Shown: positions 40,762 through 50,822, numbered from the stretch's first letter. The stretch is 64,000 bases of DNA from an uncultured bacterium (GCA_913050175.1 CAJXAF010000002.1:185-64184); one strand, 5' to 3'. Notes: a model not told the origin generated them from the letters alone. Numbers and translations: made by a program.

Positions 40762-41718
40762 CTAAAGCTTGATTTTATCGGTAAAATGATCGCCGACTTT
40801 GAGGTTATGGCCGCAAATAAATGCTTGAGCGGACATCTTTTTCTTACCTTGAGGCTTTAACTCTTTAATTTTTACTACGCCCAAAGAAGTAGCAACATAT
40901 ATGCCATGTTTATCAATTTTGACAACTACTCCCGGTGATTGGTTATTTTCTAAATCCAGAGCTTGAGCTGATAAAATCTTTAAGCCTGAACTCTTATAAT
41001 AGGTATAGGCTGAAGGCCAACCAGCTGTTGCCCGGATTAAATTTACTATTTTTTCAGCTGGCTTGCCCCAGGAGATTAAACCATCGCTTTTTTTAAGTTT
41101 ATGGGTAAGGGTTGCTTTCGACTCATCCTGAGGAATTAAAACAAAATCATCACTAGTAATTTTTTTGATAGCTTCAATTAAAATAGGTACTGACTCTTTA
41201 GCCAGGCGTTTACGTAAACTTAAAAAATTATCATTCTCACTTATGGTTGCTTCCTTTTGTAAAATTATATCGCCGGCGTCTACTCTGTCATTAATTTTAA
41301 AAATTGTAACCCCGGTCTTTTTATCGCCCTCCAGCAAAGTATATTCAATTGGTGAGGCACCGCGATAGTTAGGCAATAGGGAAGGATGTGCACAGAGGCT
41401 GAATATATTCGGGAAAGAAAGTATATTCGAAGGTATTATTTTGCCGTAGTCAGCAACAATAAAAAGATCAGCTTCTTTTTCTTTTAGGGTTAATTTAAAT
41501 TCTTCATCGGATAAAGATGCCGGCTTAAGGCATTCTATTTTCTTATCTGAGGCAAGATCGCTAACTTGAGTAGGAAAAACTTTTAGCCCCCTCCCTTTTG
41601 GCTTATCGGGCTTGGTTATGATTAAAAGCGGCCTATAGCCTTTTGAGCATAAACCATCGAGGATAATTTTAGAGAATTCTGACGAACCAAAATAAACAAA
41701 TTTAATTTTAGTTTTCAT
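40762..41718 (-). CDS. fmt: Methionyl-tRNA formyltransferase
   Basis: PDKPKGRG, YGKII, HPSLLP.YRGASPI, DAGDI. Confidence 0.95.
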   Translation of the reverse strand: MKTKIKFVYFGSSEFSKIILDGLCSKGYRPLLIITKPDKPKGRGLKVFPTQVSDLASDKKIECLKPASLSDEEFKLTLKEKEADLFIVADYGKIIPSNILSFPNIFSLCAHPSLLPNYRGASPIEYTLLEGDKKTGVTIFKINDRVDAGDIILQKEATISENDNFLSLRKRLAKESVPILIEAIKKITSDDFVLIPQDESKATLTHKLKKSDGLISWGKPAEKIVNLIRATAGWPSAYTYYKSSGLKILSAQALDLENNQSPGVVVKIDKHGIYVATSLGVVKIKELKPQGKKKMSAQAFICGHNLKVGDHFTDKIKL

Positions 41719-41726
41719 ATATTTAT

Positions 41727-43532
41727 TTAATACATCTGGATAGCTGCATAAGTTGATCGGCTACGTAAATTTTTTACCTGGTTCTTTATAATATTCCTTG
41801 AGTCTAAATTGCGCTCGGTCTTAATAATAATTGTATACCTGTACTTATCACGCAGTTTAAAAGGCTGCTCTTTAAATGGGCCGTGGGTTTGAGGAAACTC
41901 TCTTTGTAGTTTATTATATAAGTCTTGGCTCCTTTTAAAAAGAGTATTTTCGTTCTTTGATCTTAAGGTGATTTTAACTAAGAGCCCATAAGGCGGAAGT
42001 TTAAGCTTTTTCCTCAATTCTAATTCAAAGTTGTAGTAGTCTACCCATTCCTGGTTAAGGTATTGAAATAAATAATAAGAATTGTTTTGTGTAAAAAGAT
42101 ACAGAGACCCAGTACATAAAAGTGCCAGTTCTTTTAAATAAAGGTAAGCATTAAAAGTTGCCTCATAATCATTTCTCATTAAAGCTGCATCTATATCAAG
42201 AACAAAACAGGAGTCAAATTCTTTAGGTTCATAAAGATGGCTGAGTATCTTTGAGGTAGAAAGAACAAATTCAGATTTAGGATTTCTTTGCGAGAATGGA
42301 TCGATTTTAACTTCCGGAAACAGGCTCTTTAACATACCCTCCACACGCTGGATACCAAAACCTCTACTTTTCAAGTAACCGTTTTTGCAATTAGTACAAA
42401 CTGACGGAAGGCTAGTGACTTTATGACAATAAGGACAAGTTCCTTCATTTTTATTTATACCTGATTGAAGAAAGCCTGAGCAGTGGCTGCACTTATAAAC
42501 AAAACCACAATTAGAGCAGGACACCATCCTATTAAATCCAGTTTTATTCCAGATAATAACTGCCCTTTTCTTATCGGCGGCAGATTTGCGCAAAAGCTCT
42601 ATAGCGACCGGGGAAAGTATTTTTTTCTTTGTACTTGATTCAAGGCCAACAACATTTATCTTATCTTGCTGGCTTTTGTTCTCGGATAAAGAAAACTTAC
42701 CCTCTTTAATAAGACGATAAGCCGAAAGAGTCGGGTAATCAGAGGCAGCAATAAGATCTATCTTTTTAAAATCACTGAGTAAAATAGCTAGGTCAAAAAG
42801 GTTATGAAAAGGCTTTTCCTGCTGAAAATAGTAGGGACTATTTTCCTGCTCAATTATGAGCAGACCTAAATCCTCAGGGTAATAAAAAAGTGATACCCTT
42901 GTTCCCAAAATCAAAGTCTTTCTTCTTGAGGCCTTCCAGGAAGAAAATAGCTCTTTTTCTTTTTTTTGACTGTGGATAACTTGCAATTTATCCTTAAAAT
43001 CTTTTTCTAGAATCTCTTTGGCTTTGAGAAGGTAGGAAAGTTGGGGAAAACAAATTAAAACTGAAGATTCTTCTAATTTAGCCCTCAATAGAGTTTTATA
43101 CTTATCATAGCGTAAGTTAAAAGTATCGGCTTTTATGTAGGTTCGTTTTATTGGTTTGTTGTTTCCTATTAATTGGCAACTCTCTTCTATCTTATCTCCT
43201 CTGAGCGGATGAGGCTTTTTTAAGTATCCCGGCAACATCATAAACAGAAACTCGCCTTTAGCATAAGGATAATTCTTAGTTAACCTCTCACTAAAGAGAA
43301 TCTGCTCATCATTTAATACAGGATATGAATCAAGTTTTTTAACTATAGTCTTTAACTTTTTAATCTTTGAAGTCTTACTGGTTTTAATCACTAAGGCCAG
43401 TCTCTTTCGACCACGAAAATCAACGATTACTCTCATCCCTCTCTTTATATCAAAAGAGGGCGAAAACTTATAATCAAATTCTTTATCCAAAGCAATCGGT
43501 AAAACAACTTTTGCTATTTTTTCCTTATTCAT
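41727..43532 (-). CDS. priA: Primosomal protein N' (PriA)-like protein with degenerate helicase motifs
   Basis: N-terminal 3'BD-like FDY...GMRV.V.F, four CxxC pairs, G.G.QRVE, R...LPPY C-terminal domain; next to fmt; no Walker A or DEAH. Confidence 0.8.
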   Translation of the reverse strand: MNKEKIAKVVLPIALDKEFDYKFSPSFDIKRGMRVIVDFRGRKRLALVIKTSKTSKIKKLKTIVKKLDSYPVLNDEQILFSERLTKNYPYAKGEFLFMMLPGYLKKPHPLRGDKIEESCQLIGNNKPIKRTYIKADTFNLRYDKYKTLLRAKLEESSVLICFPQLSYLLKAKEILEKDFKDKLQVIHSQKKEKELFSSWKASRRKTLILGTRVSLFYYPEDLGLLIIEQENSPYYFQQEKPFHNLFDLAILLSDFKKIDLIAASDYPTLSAYRLIKEGKFSLSENKSQQDKINVVGLESSTKKKILSPVAIELLRKSAADKKRAVIIWNKTGFNRMVSCSNCGFVYKCSHCSGFLQSGINKNEGTCPYCHKVTSLPSVCTNCKNGYLKSRGFGIQRVEGMLKSLFPEVKIDPFSQRNPKSEFVLSTSKILSHLYEPKEFDSCFVLDIDAALMRNDYEATFNAYLYLKELALLCTGSLYLFTQNNSYYLFQYLNQEWVDYYNFELELRKKLKLPPYGLLVKITLRSKNENTLFKRSQDLYNKLQREFPQTHGPFKEQPFKLRDKYRYTIIIKTERNLDSRNIIKNQVKNLRSRSTYAAIQMY

Positions 43533-44592
43533 GTTGGGTGTCAATTATATCAAAGACTAAATCCTTAAGCGGCTCTCTAATATCTTTTATTTCTAAAGGG
43601 TATTCTTTCTCTAAAAAACTTTTTTTATTGGCAAAATAATTAACTGCCTTCACTAATTCCTGACTACCCCTAACAAAACGGCCCAAACCGTGTTTTATTA
43701 CAATATTCATATTCTCTGTCTCCTGTCCGGGTATGTAGTGGGTAAAGACAAAAGCAATCCGCTTATAAATTCCTTCAAAAACTGTCAATCCTCCCGGCTT
43801 GGTAATTATAACAGAGCTTATTGATACCAACTCCCACATCTGTTCATAAAAAGAAAAAGTCCTGATATATGGTGAAGCCAGACTATCAAGATAGCTTTTT
43901 AACTTGGTATTTTTTCCATAAATAATTATCAAGTTGTAATCTTTAAGAAGTTGATTGATCGACTCCTTTAGATAGGGAAAATTTCCCCGGGATGAAGAAA
44001 CAAAAAGGATTGTCGGTCTATCTTTGAGAGAAAACTTCCTTCTAAGTTCGCTTGAATTTAGCTCTTTTAAAAACCCCTCTCTTAGGGCCGCGTAGCCACA
44101 AATGATTTTCTTAGGGTCAACACCCTGGGCTATTAAATCTTTTCTTGTAGCTTCAAAGGATGCAAAATAATAATCTACACTTTCATAGACCCACAAGGGG
44201 TGCACCCTTATATCAGTAACAATATTAATTATTTTAAATCCCAATTCTTTTTTAAGTTTGCGCATAAATCTGGGGCAGGAAAAATGGGTAGAAATAACTA
44301 TCTGTGGCTTTTGGCTGCGTAAGTGCTTTAAAAAAGGAGCCAGAAAAAATAACTGTAAGCCATGGACACCTGATGCAATAAAGTTTATTTTAGAGAGGTT
44401 AAAAATTGCCTGCCATATAAAAGGAGTCTTATCAGTTATAAATAGATAGCCTGATACATATAGCTTCTTTAATAAAGGGTGGGTAAAATCTAAAATGTCA
44501 CAAGTTGGAGCATTAAATACGCTGGCGGCTGCCTCGGCTGCTTTCTTATGGCCCTGACCAAAACTAGCATGTGTTATGAGTATTTTAGACAT
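43525..44592 (-). CDS. GT28 diacylglycerol glycosyltransferase (MGDG synthase/UgtP-like)
   Basis: ASFGQGHKKAA, VTD...H..W, TKPGGLT..E, PGQE..N. Confidence 0.82.
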   Translation of the reverse strand: MSKILITHASFGQGHKKAAEAAASVFNAPTCDILDFTHPLLKKLYVSGYLFITDKTPFIWQAIFNLSKINFIASGVHGLQLFFLAPFLKHLRSQKPQIVISTHFSCPRFMRKLKKELGFKIINIVTDIRVHPLWVYESVDYYFASFEATRKDLIAQGVDPKKIICGYAALREGFLKELNSSELRRKFSLKDRPTILFVSSSRGNFPYLKESINQLLKDYNLIIIYGKNTKLKSYLDSLASPYIRTFSFYEQMWELVSISSVIITKPGGLTVFEGIYKRIAFVFTHYIPGQETENMNIVIKHGLGRFVRGSQELVKAVNYFANKKSFLEKEYPLEIKDIREPLKDLVFDIIDTQHE

Positions 44593-44610
44593 AAAAAGTG
44601 TTCCTAGGGT

Positions 44611-45171
44611 TCACCCGTAATGAGAACACAGATAATGTGCCGCTAGAAGGAGGTTGTCGAATACGTAATCTGGCTCAAACTCCCACTTATCACGATTAGA
44701 TATTTTCTCTTTTCCCGATAAAACTAATATTGGCTTAGCTCCAAAGGAAACGGCCGTTTGCATATCACGAAAAGAATCACCGATAAAAAAAGATATAGGA
44801 GACTTAAGATCTGACTCAGATACTGCCTGAGTTAAGAGACCGGTTTTCGGTTTTCGACACTCACACCCTTGATCCGGAGAATGGGTACAGTAATAAATGC
44901 CGGATATTTTGGTATTGCTCTTATTGAGCTCTTTTACTATTTTTTTATTCATCTTATCTAAGTCCTGGGTACTATAAAGACCTTTTGATACTCCTGACTG
45001 ATTGGAAATAATAAATAGTTTAAAACCCTTCTCGTAGAGTTTTTTCATACCTTCTAAGCTTCCCGGGATAAATTTAAACTCCTTTAAACTACTTACATAG
45101 TAGCGCTCTCCGGGTTCTTGGTTTATGACCCCATCACGATCAAGAAAAACTATTTTTTCTCTATTTTCCAT
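44611..45171 (-). CDS. gmhB: D-glycero-manno-heptose 1,7-bisphosphate phosphatase (HAD-IIIA)
   Basis: FLDRDGVIN, SNQSG, YYCTH...CECRKP, IGD...D. Confidence 0.85.
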   Translation of the reverse strand: MENREKIVFLDRDGVINQEPGERYYVSSLKEFKFIPGSLEGMKKLYEKGFKLFIISNQSGVSKGLYSTQDLDKMNKKIVKELNKSNTKISGIYYCTHSPDQGCECRKPKTGLLTQAVSESDLKSPISFFIGDSFRDMQTAVSFGAKPILVLSGKEKISNRDKWEFEPDYVFDNLLLAAHYLCSHYG

Positions 45172-45191
45172 GAAGTAAGTTTCCTTATTTA

Positions 45192-46001
45192 CTATTTTGT
45201 TGTATTTTTAGCTGCGGTAAGATTTTTCTTCATTTCCCAATACTTTGCATAAGCAATGATTTGATACAAGGAAGCAAAAAAAGAGAGCATAAAACCTCTA
45301 AAGCCATCTCGCCAACCTTGTTTGCGAATAAAGGTTCGAAAAAATCTATCGTTATAACGCCATAAAGCATGAAATAGGTTCATCTTATAATTTGCTTTTT
45401 TAGGATCATCGCTAAGTAGAGTTATCCATTTTTTGGCTTCCAAGGTAGTTTGGGAATTTAACTTTTTTAGAAAATCTGCCCAATCTCTGTAGGTGTAATG
45501 CAACATTGGCTCTTTTAAATGTAGACACTCTCCGTCAAGAAAAGCTCTGGGATGGACCTCAACTTCTTCCCATCTAAATTTATCCTTTTTAAAGAGTTTT
45601 AACTGCGGGCTTGGATATTGGCCTCCCCATTTAAGCCAATAATCACCAAGAAAATTTTTCCGGGGAATTGTATAAGCTGCGCCTTTAGGATTCTCTCTTA
45701 ACACATGGCCTATCTCATCTCTTAAATCTTGAGTCAGGCGCTCATCAGCATCTAAACTCAAAACCCACTGATTGTTAGCTTGAGCATAAGCCCAGTTACG
45801 ATGCCGGCCCTCGATATCCATCTTCCGGGTAAAAATTCGATCGGTATAATTAGTTGCTATTTGGCGAGTTTTATCAGAACTCTCATCATCAACTAAGATT
45901 ATCTCATTTGCCCAGCCCTTAACACTGTCAAGACAAGCCTCTATGCGTGTTTCTTCGTTTTTTGTAATGATAACTACTGATATCGATGTTTCCATAGGCA
46001 T
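45192..46001 (-). CDS. GT2 glycosyltransferase (WaaE/KdtX-like, LPS core)
   Basis: SVVIITKNEE, DDESSDKT, WVLSLDADE. Confidence 0.85.
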   Translation of the reverse strand: MPMETSISVVIITKNEETRIEACLDSVKGWANEIILVDDESSDKTRQIATNYTDRIFTRKMDIEGRHRNWAYAQANNQWVLSLDADERLTQDLRDEIGHVLRENPKGAAYTIPRKNFLGDYWLKWGGQYPSPQLKLFKKDKFRWEEVEVHPRAFLDGECLHLKEPMLHYTYRDWADFLKKLNSQTTLEAKKWITLLSDDPKKANYKMNLFHALWRYNDRFFRTFIRKQGWRDGFRGFMLSFFASLYQIIAYAKYWEMKKNLTAAKNTTK

Positions 46002-46046
46002 CTATACTACCATCAATTAAACCTTTTTCAACTCCAAACACTACTT

Positions 46047-46733
46047 TTAAAGGATGACTTCTCTTTTTACCATTCTATAGCTGCCCGGCTTTAAACTACC
46101 CAGCTTAACTTGATCAATAGCTGTCCGTTTAAGATCTTTTACCGGCAAACCAAGCTTTGAGAATAACCGTCGTAAGTGTCTTTTTTTACCCTCTCTAATA
46201 ATCACCCTAACAATCGTTTTTTCGCTAGAAGTAGATATAATTTTAATATCTTCAACTTTTAGGCGTTCACCCATATCAACTACACCATTCTTGGCCTTCC
46301 TGCTCAGAAATTCATTGAGCTGGCCTCTTAGGGTTAGCAGATACTCCTTCTTAACTTTAAATTTAGGATGGGTTAATTTATAACAGAGATCGCCGTCATT
46401 AGTAATAATTATTAATCCGCTTGAATTCTTATCCAGCCGTCCTACCGGAAATATGCCTTTGTATTTGCCGGGAAAAAAATCTATAATCTTTTTCCCGGCA
46501 AATATGTCCCGGCAAGTTGTAATTACGCCCTTTGGCTTATTGAATAAAAAGTAAACTTGATTCTTCTGCTTAATAACCTTTCCCTTAAAGCAAATTACAT
46601 CTGAATCAGATACAGTAAAAAACGGCTTACTAATTACTTCGCCATTAACAGTAACTACGCCTGCCCTTATGAATTCATCAGCCCGGCGGCGACTACATAT
46701 ACCTGATTTTGCAATAAATACACTTAAGCGCAT
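46047..46733 (-). CDS. rRNA pseudouridine synthase (RluB/RsuA family)
   Basis: S4 domain SRRRAD, NKPKG, VGRLD catalytic Asp. Confidence 0.9.
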   Translation of the reverse strand: MRLSVFIAKSGICSRRRADEFIRAGVVTVNGEVISKPFFTVSDSDVICFKGKVIKQKNQVYFLFNKPKGVITTCRDIFAGKKIIDFFPGKYKGIFPVGRLDKNSSGLIIITNDGDLCYKLTHPKFKVKKEYLLTLRGQLNEFLSRKAKNGVVDMGERLKVEDIKIISTSSEKTIVRVIIREGKKRHLRRLFSKLGLPVKDLKRTAIDQVKLGSLKPGSYRMVKREVIL

Positions 46734-46746
46734 TATAATTTAAAAA

Positions 46747-47997
46747 TTAGAGTAAATGAGCGGCAATCTTGCCGTTTGAAAAACTATCAATTTCCACCGG
46801 AACAATCTTACCTAGGTTAACCTTTTCTCTTAGGTGAACTTTTAAATAATTCTCTGTGCAACCTATAAGTAAACCATTCTTATATTCTTCGGCTACCATG
46901 TGTAGCTCCTTGCCTATAAATTGCTCTATGTATTCGCGAGATAGTTGTTTAGCCATATCATTTAAGGTATTATATCGGTTGCGAATTGTTTTTTTATCCT
47001 TTATGGTATGACTAGCGAATTCTGTTTTTTCCCGGGGAGAAAAAGTAAAAATATGCATCCGCATTGGTTTTACAGTCTTAATAAAATCAACTGTATTTTT
47101 AAAAGTCTCATCGGTCTCATCGGGAAAACCAACCATGATATCGCAGCTGATTGCGATACCAGAGCGCACAGCTCTTGCCTGATTAACTTTTTGACAATAC
47201 ATTGAAACTGTCTCTTTCTTATTCATTGACTTTAATATGGTGTCATCTCCATACTGAAAAGGAAAGTGAAAATGCGGACAGAATTTCTCATTTTTAAGAA
47301 AAGAAAACAGCTCCTCTTCAACAAATAAAGGCTCCAGCGAGCTTAGACGCAAGCGGCCCAATGACTTTATTTTTAAAATTTCTTCAACCAGGAGATTTAA
47401 GTTCAGTTTTGGTTTTAAATCTCTACCGTATAAACCTAAATTAACGCCGCAGAGGACTATTTCTCTATGCTTTTCTGAGATTCTTTTAATTTCCGCTAGG
47501 ATGCTCGATATATCCCGGCTCCGAGAGGGGCCTCTTAAGTGAGGGATTTTGCAAAAAGTACAAAAATGATCACAACCGTCCTGGACTTTGATAAAGGCCC
47601 GATAATTAAAAAAATTAGTTATTGATAAGGACCATATATCCTGGGGACTACCTGCTTTTTCTTGAGCTTTATTATTGCCTAGAACAATCGACGCTAGGAG
47701 ATGTTTTTTCTCCTGGGGCACAATATAGTCAACACCCAAATTTTGTATATCATCACTATTAAGTTGTGCCAGGCATCCACAAACAACAACTATACTTGCA
47801 GGGTTCTCCTTTTTGGCTGAAAGAATAGCTTCTCTTGATTTACTATCAGCACGCTTAGTAACAGAGCAAGTATTGATTACGTATATATCAGCCTTGTTCT
47901 TAGTCGGCACAACACCTAAAGATAAGAACTCTTCCTGTATCCCTTGAGTCTCGTATTGATTGACCTTGCAGCCAAGTGTTATAAATTTAACTTTCAT
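46747..47997 (-). CDS. mtaB: tRNA t6A37 methylthiotransferase MtaB
   Basis: TLGCKVNQYE, INTCSVT, KVQDGCDHFCTFC. Confidence 0.9.
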   Translation of the reverse strand: MKVKFITLGCKVNQYETQGIQEEFLSLGVVPTKNKADIYVINTCSVTKRADSKSREAILSAKKENPASIVVVCGCLAQLNSDDIQNLGVDYIVPQEKKHLLASIVLGNNKAQEKAGSPQDIWSLSITNFFNYRAFIKVQDGCDHFCTFCKIPHLRGPSRSRDISSILAEIKRISEKHREIVLCGVNLGLYGRDLKPKLNLNLLVEEILKIKSLGRLRLSSLEPLFVEEELFSFLKNEKFCPHFHFPFQYGDDTILKSMNKKETVSMYCQKVNQARAVRSGIAISCDIMVGFPDETDETFKNTVDFIKTVKPMRMHIFTFSPREKTEFASHTIKDKKTIRNRYNTLNDMAKQLSREYIEQFIGKELHMVAEEYKNGLLIGCTENYLKVHLREKVNLGKIVPVEIDSFSNGKIAAHLL

Positions 47998-48709
47998 TAT
48001 TTAAGAAAAAATAATTTAAAAACCCCACTGCAAAGATTGCTGCAGTTTCTACACGCAAAACTTGCGAAGCCAGTTTAACAAGCTTAAATTGGTTTTCTTC
48101 TAAAATACCAAACTCTTGGAGAGAAAAATCACCAACCGGTCCGACAATAAAAAGAATATTGCTGTGCTCTTTATTTAAAACTTTCTCAAAAGCTTGGCCC
48201 TTAATTGAACCAGCTAGTTTAATCCGATAGTCGCTCTCAGCTATCGCCTTAAAAGTAGATACTTCTCTAATACCTGGTATCCAAAGCCTCTCTGACTGCC
48301 TTACAGCTTCAACAATGATTCTCTGCCAACGCTTTAATCTTTGCGGAGATACTTTCTGTCTTAAGCTTCTCTGAGAGCTAAAAGGTAAAAAATCTGACAC
48401 CCCAAATTCAGTCGCTTTTTGTAAGATAAAATCTACTCTTTCTTCCTTTTCAATCGGAAAAGCTAGGGTTACTTTACTATCTCTTTGATTACTAACTCTT
48501 AAAATTGATTCCTGTTTGAGGCTAAGGGTGTTTTTTTTAATATTCTCTATCCGGTAGGTATATTCTTTACCCAGCCCATCAAATATATATATGATGTCGG
48601 CACTCGCCAAGCGCAAAACATTCTTTATCTTATGGATAAGTGTTTTATCGCCTATCTTTACAACATCGGTTATTCGGCCTGGTTGGAGGTATATTCTTAT
48701 TTTTGACAT
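47987..48709 (-). CDS. rsmE: 16S rRNA m3U1498 methyltransferase
   Basis: H..NVLR, QKATE.GV, EA.RQSER, GPVGDF, VLRVETAA. Confidence 0.9.
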   Translation of the reverse strand: MSKIRIYLQPGRITDVVKIGDKTLIHKIKNVLRLASADIIYIFDGLGKEYTYRIENIKKNTLSLKQESILRVSNQRDSKVTLAFPIEKEERVDFILQKATEFGVSDFLPFSSQRSLRQKVSPQRLKRWQRIIVEAVRQSERLWIPGIREVSTFKAIAESDYRIKLAGSIKGQAFEKVLNKEHSNILFIVGPVGDFSLQEFGILEENQFKLVKLASQVLRVETAAIFAVGFLNYFFLNNES

Positions 48710-48730
48710 AAAAACTCCTTTTAAAAAACA

Positions 48731-48803
48731 TGGACCGAAGCGGATTCAAACCGCCGACCTCCTCGTTGCGAACGAGGCGTTCTCCCAACTGAACTACCAG
48801 CCC
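48731..48803 (-). tRNA. tRNA-Ala(CGC), atypical (possible pseudogene)
   Basis: G3:U70 pair and A73; anticodon arm CCTCG-TTCGCAA-CGAGG; T loop TTTGAAT instead of TTCGAAT. Confidence 0.8.
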
Positions 48804-48976
48804 AAAAGCTTACAAAATAAAAATAAGGATTCCATCATATTTTGACAAAGATATCAAAACATGTCAAGAAAGACAAATAAACAGGCGTAAAAAATAAGGA
48901 TAGACTTCAAAAGGCAGGTTTTCAATAATCAAAAATATTCAAAACCTAAGCAAAACTCAATTGGATAATAAGTGGA

Positions 48977-49297
48977 TTAAGGCTGATAGTTTACTTGTAC
49001 GTCAACCTGATTTGTACCCGATGGGCCTATACCAGGCGTTACGGTTATGGCAACATCACCATTGGGAATACCGTTTAAATTCGCAGCCGGTGCCCAAGTT
49101 GGAGCAGCAACTCCTCTTCGCAATTCTTCCAAGGTATGCACCATAGCAGCCCTGGCTGTAAAGACTCCTGCGATTCTTCTTATTTTATGTTCAGCAATTC
49201 GGGATTCCTGAGTTAAAAGATATAAAGCAACTAAAGCTAGAGTGAAAACAACAATTAATATTCCAATTACAACTATTAAAATAACACCCTTTTTCAC
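48977..49297 (-). CDS. Small PilX/GspK-like minor pilin (pseudopilin)
   Basis: MKKG|VILIVV class III-like leader, hydrophobic helix without Glu5, then ...A.F.ARAA..H.L.EL. Confidence 0.6.
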   Translation of the reverse strand: MKKGVILIVVIGILIVVFTLALVALYLLTQESRIAEHKIRRIAGVFTARAAMVHTLEELRRGVAAPTWAPAANLNGIPNGDVAITVTPGIGPSGTNQVDVQVNYQP

Positions 49298-49527
49298 TTC
49301 TCCTCCTCTTTTGCTAAATCAGCGTCTTTTTCCCGTAAGCTAACTCTATAAGTATCATTTTGGCATTCTACCAAAACATGCCCTTCGCGGGCCAACCACC
49401 CAAGACTCATAAGAATTAAATCTTTAGATCTGTCAACGCCACCGATAAGAGTATCTAAGCCAACTATACCATTTTTGTCTAAAAAATGCCATATTTCACC
49501 TGCTATTATGCCTATCTCTGTAATCAT
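49294..49527 (-). CDS. Winged helix-turn-helix protein (DUF2582-like)
   Basis: IG..AG.IW..L...LMSLGWLAREG signature. Confidence 0.75.
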   Translation of the reverse strand: MITEIGIIAGEIWHFLDKNGIVGLDTLIGGVDRSKDLILMSLGWLAREGHVLVECQNDTYRVSLREKDADLAKEEEK

Positions 49528-49542
49528 TATTGCCTATTTCAC

Positions 49543-49791
49543 CTAAGAACTTGTTATTTTTGGCTTTTGGTGCGATTTCCTATTTATGCTACCACATAAA
49601 GGGCAGTGCCAAAATTCTGACAAAAGAGAAACAAAATACACCGAAGAACATAACTCGCACTGCCTTTTCTCCAGTTGTATTTCCTTCTTTAATTTAGTAA
49701 GGCGTATGTTGTTTACATATTCGAGTAAAAAGGCAAGGAAAACACAGAAACTTAATGAAAAACCAATAAAAGATGCAAGGTTAATCTTCAT
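49543..49791 (-). CDS. Hypothetical membrane-anchored Zn-ribbon protein
   Basis: N-terminal TM helix, then CELC...CPLCGS. Confidence 0.6.
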   Translation of the reverse strand: MKINLASFIGFSLSFCVFLAFLLEYVNNIRLTKLKKEIQLEKRQCELCSSVYFVSLLSEFWHCPLCGSINRKSHQKPKITSS

Positions 49792-49793
49792 TT

Positions 49794-50351
49794 TTATTTT
49801 ACTACCCCATCAACTTTTGTCCAGAAAAATTTATCATTTAGGAAGAAACCAGCACTATGAATGTGCTCTTGAAAATGTAAATTTCCTGAAGAATTAGCTG
49901 TCAGCTTTTGGGGGTAAGTAAACAAAACCTTGCCTCTTTTGGAAACAAAAGCTTTATATGATACCTTCTCTTCCTCAAGAGGAAGAAATGGCATCCTATC
50001 TTCCCACAAATAATAAAATTGAGGTTTAAATTCTCTTAAATTATCGTTTTTCCGGAGATTATTGGTTTTTTTGTGTAAAGCTACTTCTTGATTAAAAAAA
50101 GAATTAACCTTGCCGGTAATAGCTTTAGAAAAATACTTATAGCGTAATTTGTCTGAGGAAAAAAAGGCTTCTTTTGGTAAAGTTTTTACTTTTTCTTTAC
50201 TTAAAAGATCTCTCTTGTTAAGAATATCAGGCCAGACATATATTGCAGGTGTACGTTTAGCGTCAATCTCAAACCTAAAAAATGAAAAAATAAAGACATG
50301 GACAAGAAAAGAAAAAAACAAAACTATCAATAAAGATCTTCTCTGTCTCAT
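49794..50351 (-). CDS. Divergent TonB/TolA-like energy transducer
   Basis: N-terminal TM with S-x3-H (SFLVH); directly downstream of exbD; weak TonB-C-like C-terminus (FVSKRGKV...SG). Confidence 0.5.
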   Translation of the reverse strand: MRQRRSLLIVLFFSFLVHVFIFSFFRFEIDAKRTPAIYVWPDILNKRDLLSKEKVKTLPKEAFFSSDKLRYKYFSKAITGKVNSFFNQEVALHKKTNNLRKNDNLREFKPQFYYLWEDRMPFLPLEEEKVSYKAFVSKRGKVLFTYPQKLTANSSGNLHFQEHIHSAGFFLNDKFFWTKVDGVVK

Positions 50352-50426
50352 ACTTACAATTCCCTAACACTGTATATAATTTTTATCCTTAAATATCCCT
50401 GTATTTATCAAAAAAACTATATGATA

Positions 50427-50822
50427 TTAATCGTAAGTAGTTGCAATGCCAATTTTCTCTATGCCGACTTTTTTGCTAATATCCCAGACGCTAACAACAG
50501 TGCCTAAGCTGGCATCTCTATCTGCTTTGATAAAAATAGAATCAAATCCTTTGTTTTGCAAAACTTCCTCCACTTCCTTAATTGTTAGAGGCTTAGAATC
50601 TACATACATAATATCTTCGCTGGAAACAACTATCGTCAATGATCTTGAATCCAACTCCTCCGACGTCACAGCTTTAGGAAGTTTTACATTGATTCCCGGA
50701 ATTACAACAAAGCTAGATGTTAGCATAAAGAATACTAAAAGGAGAAAGACACAATCAATTAAGGGGACAATATCAATCTGATGCAGACCAGCTTCAACTT
50801 TTGCACTTTTTCTAAATTTCAT
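50427..50822 (-). CDS. exbD: ExbD/TolR family protein
   Basis: IDIVPLIDCVFLLLVFFML with the conserved TM Asp; IKAD. Confidence 0.9.
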   Translation of the reverse strand: MKFRKSAKVEAGLHQIDIVPLIDCVFLLLVFFMLTSSFVVIPGINVKLPKAVTSEELDSRSLTIVVSSEDIMYVDSKPLTIKEVEEVLQNKGFDSIFIKADRDASLGTVVSVWDISKKVGIEKIGIATTYD

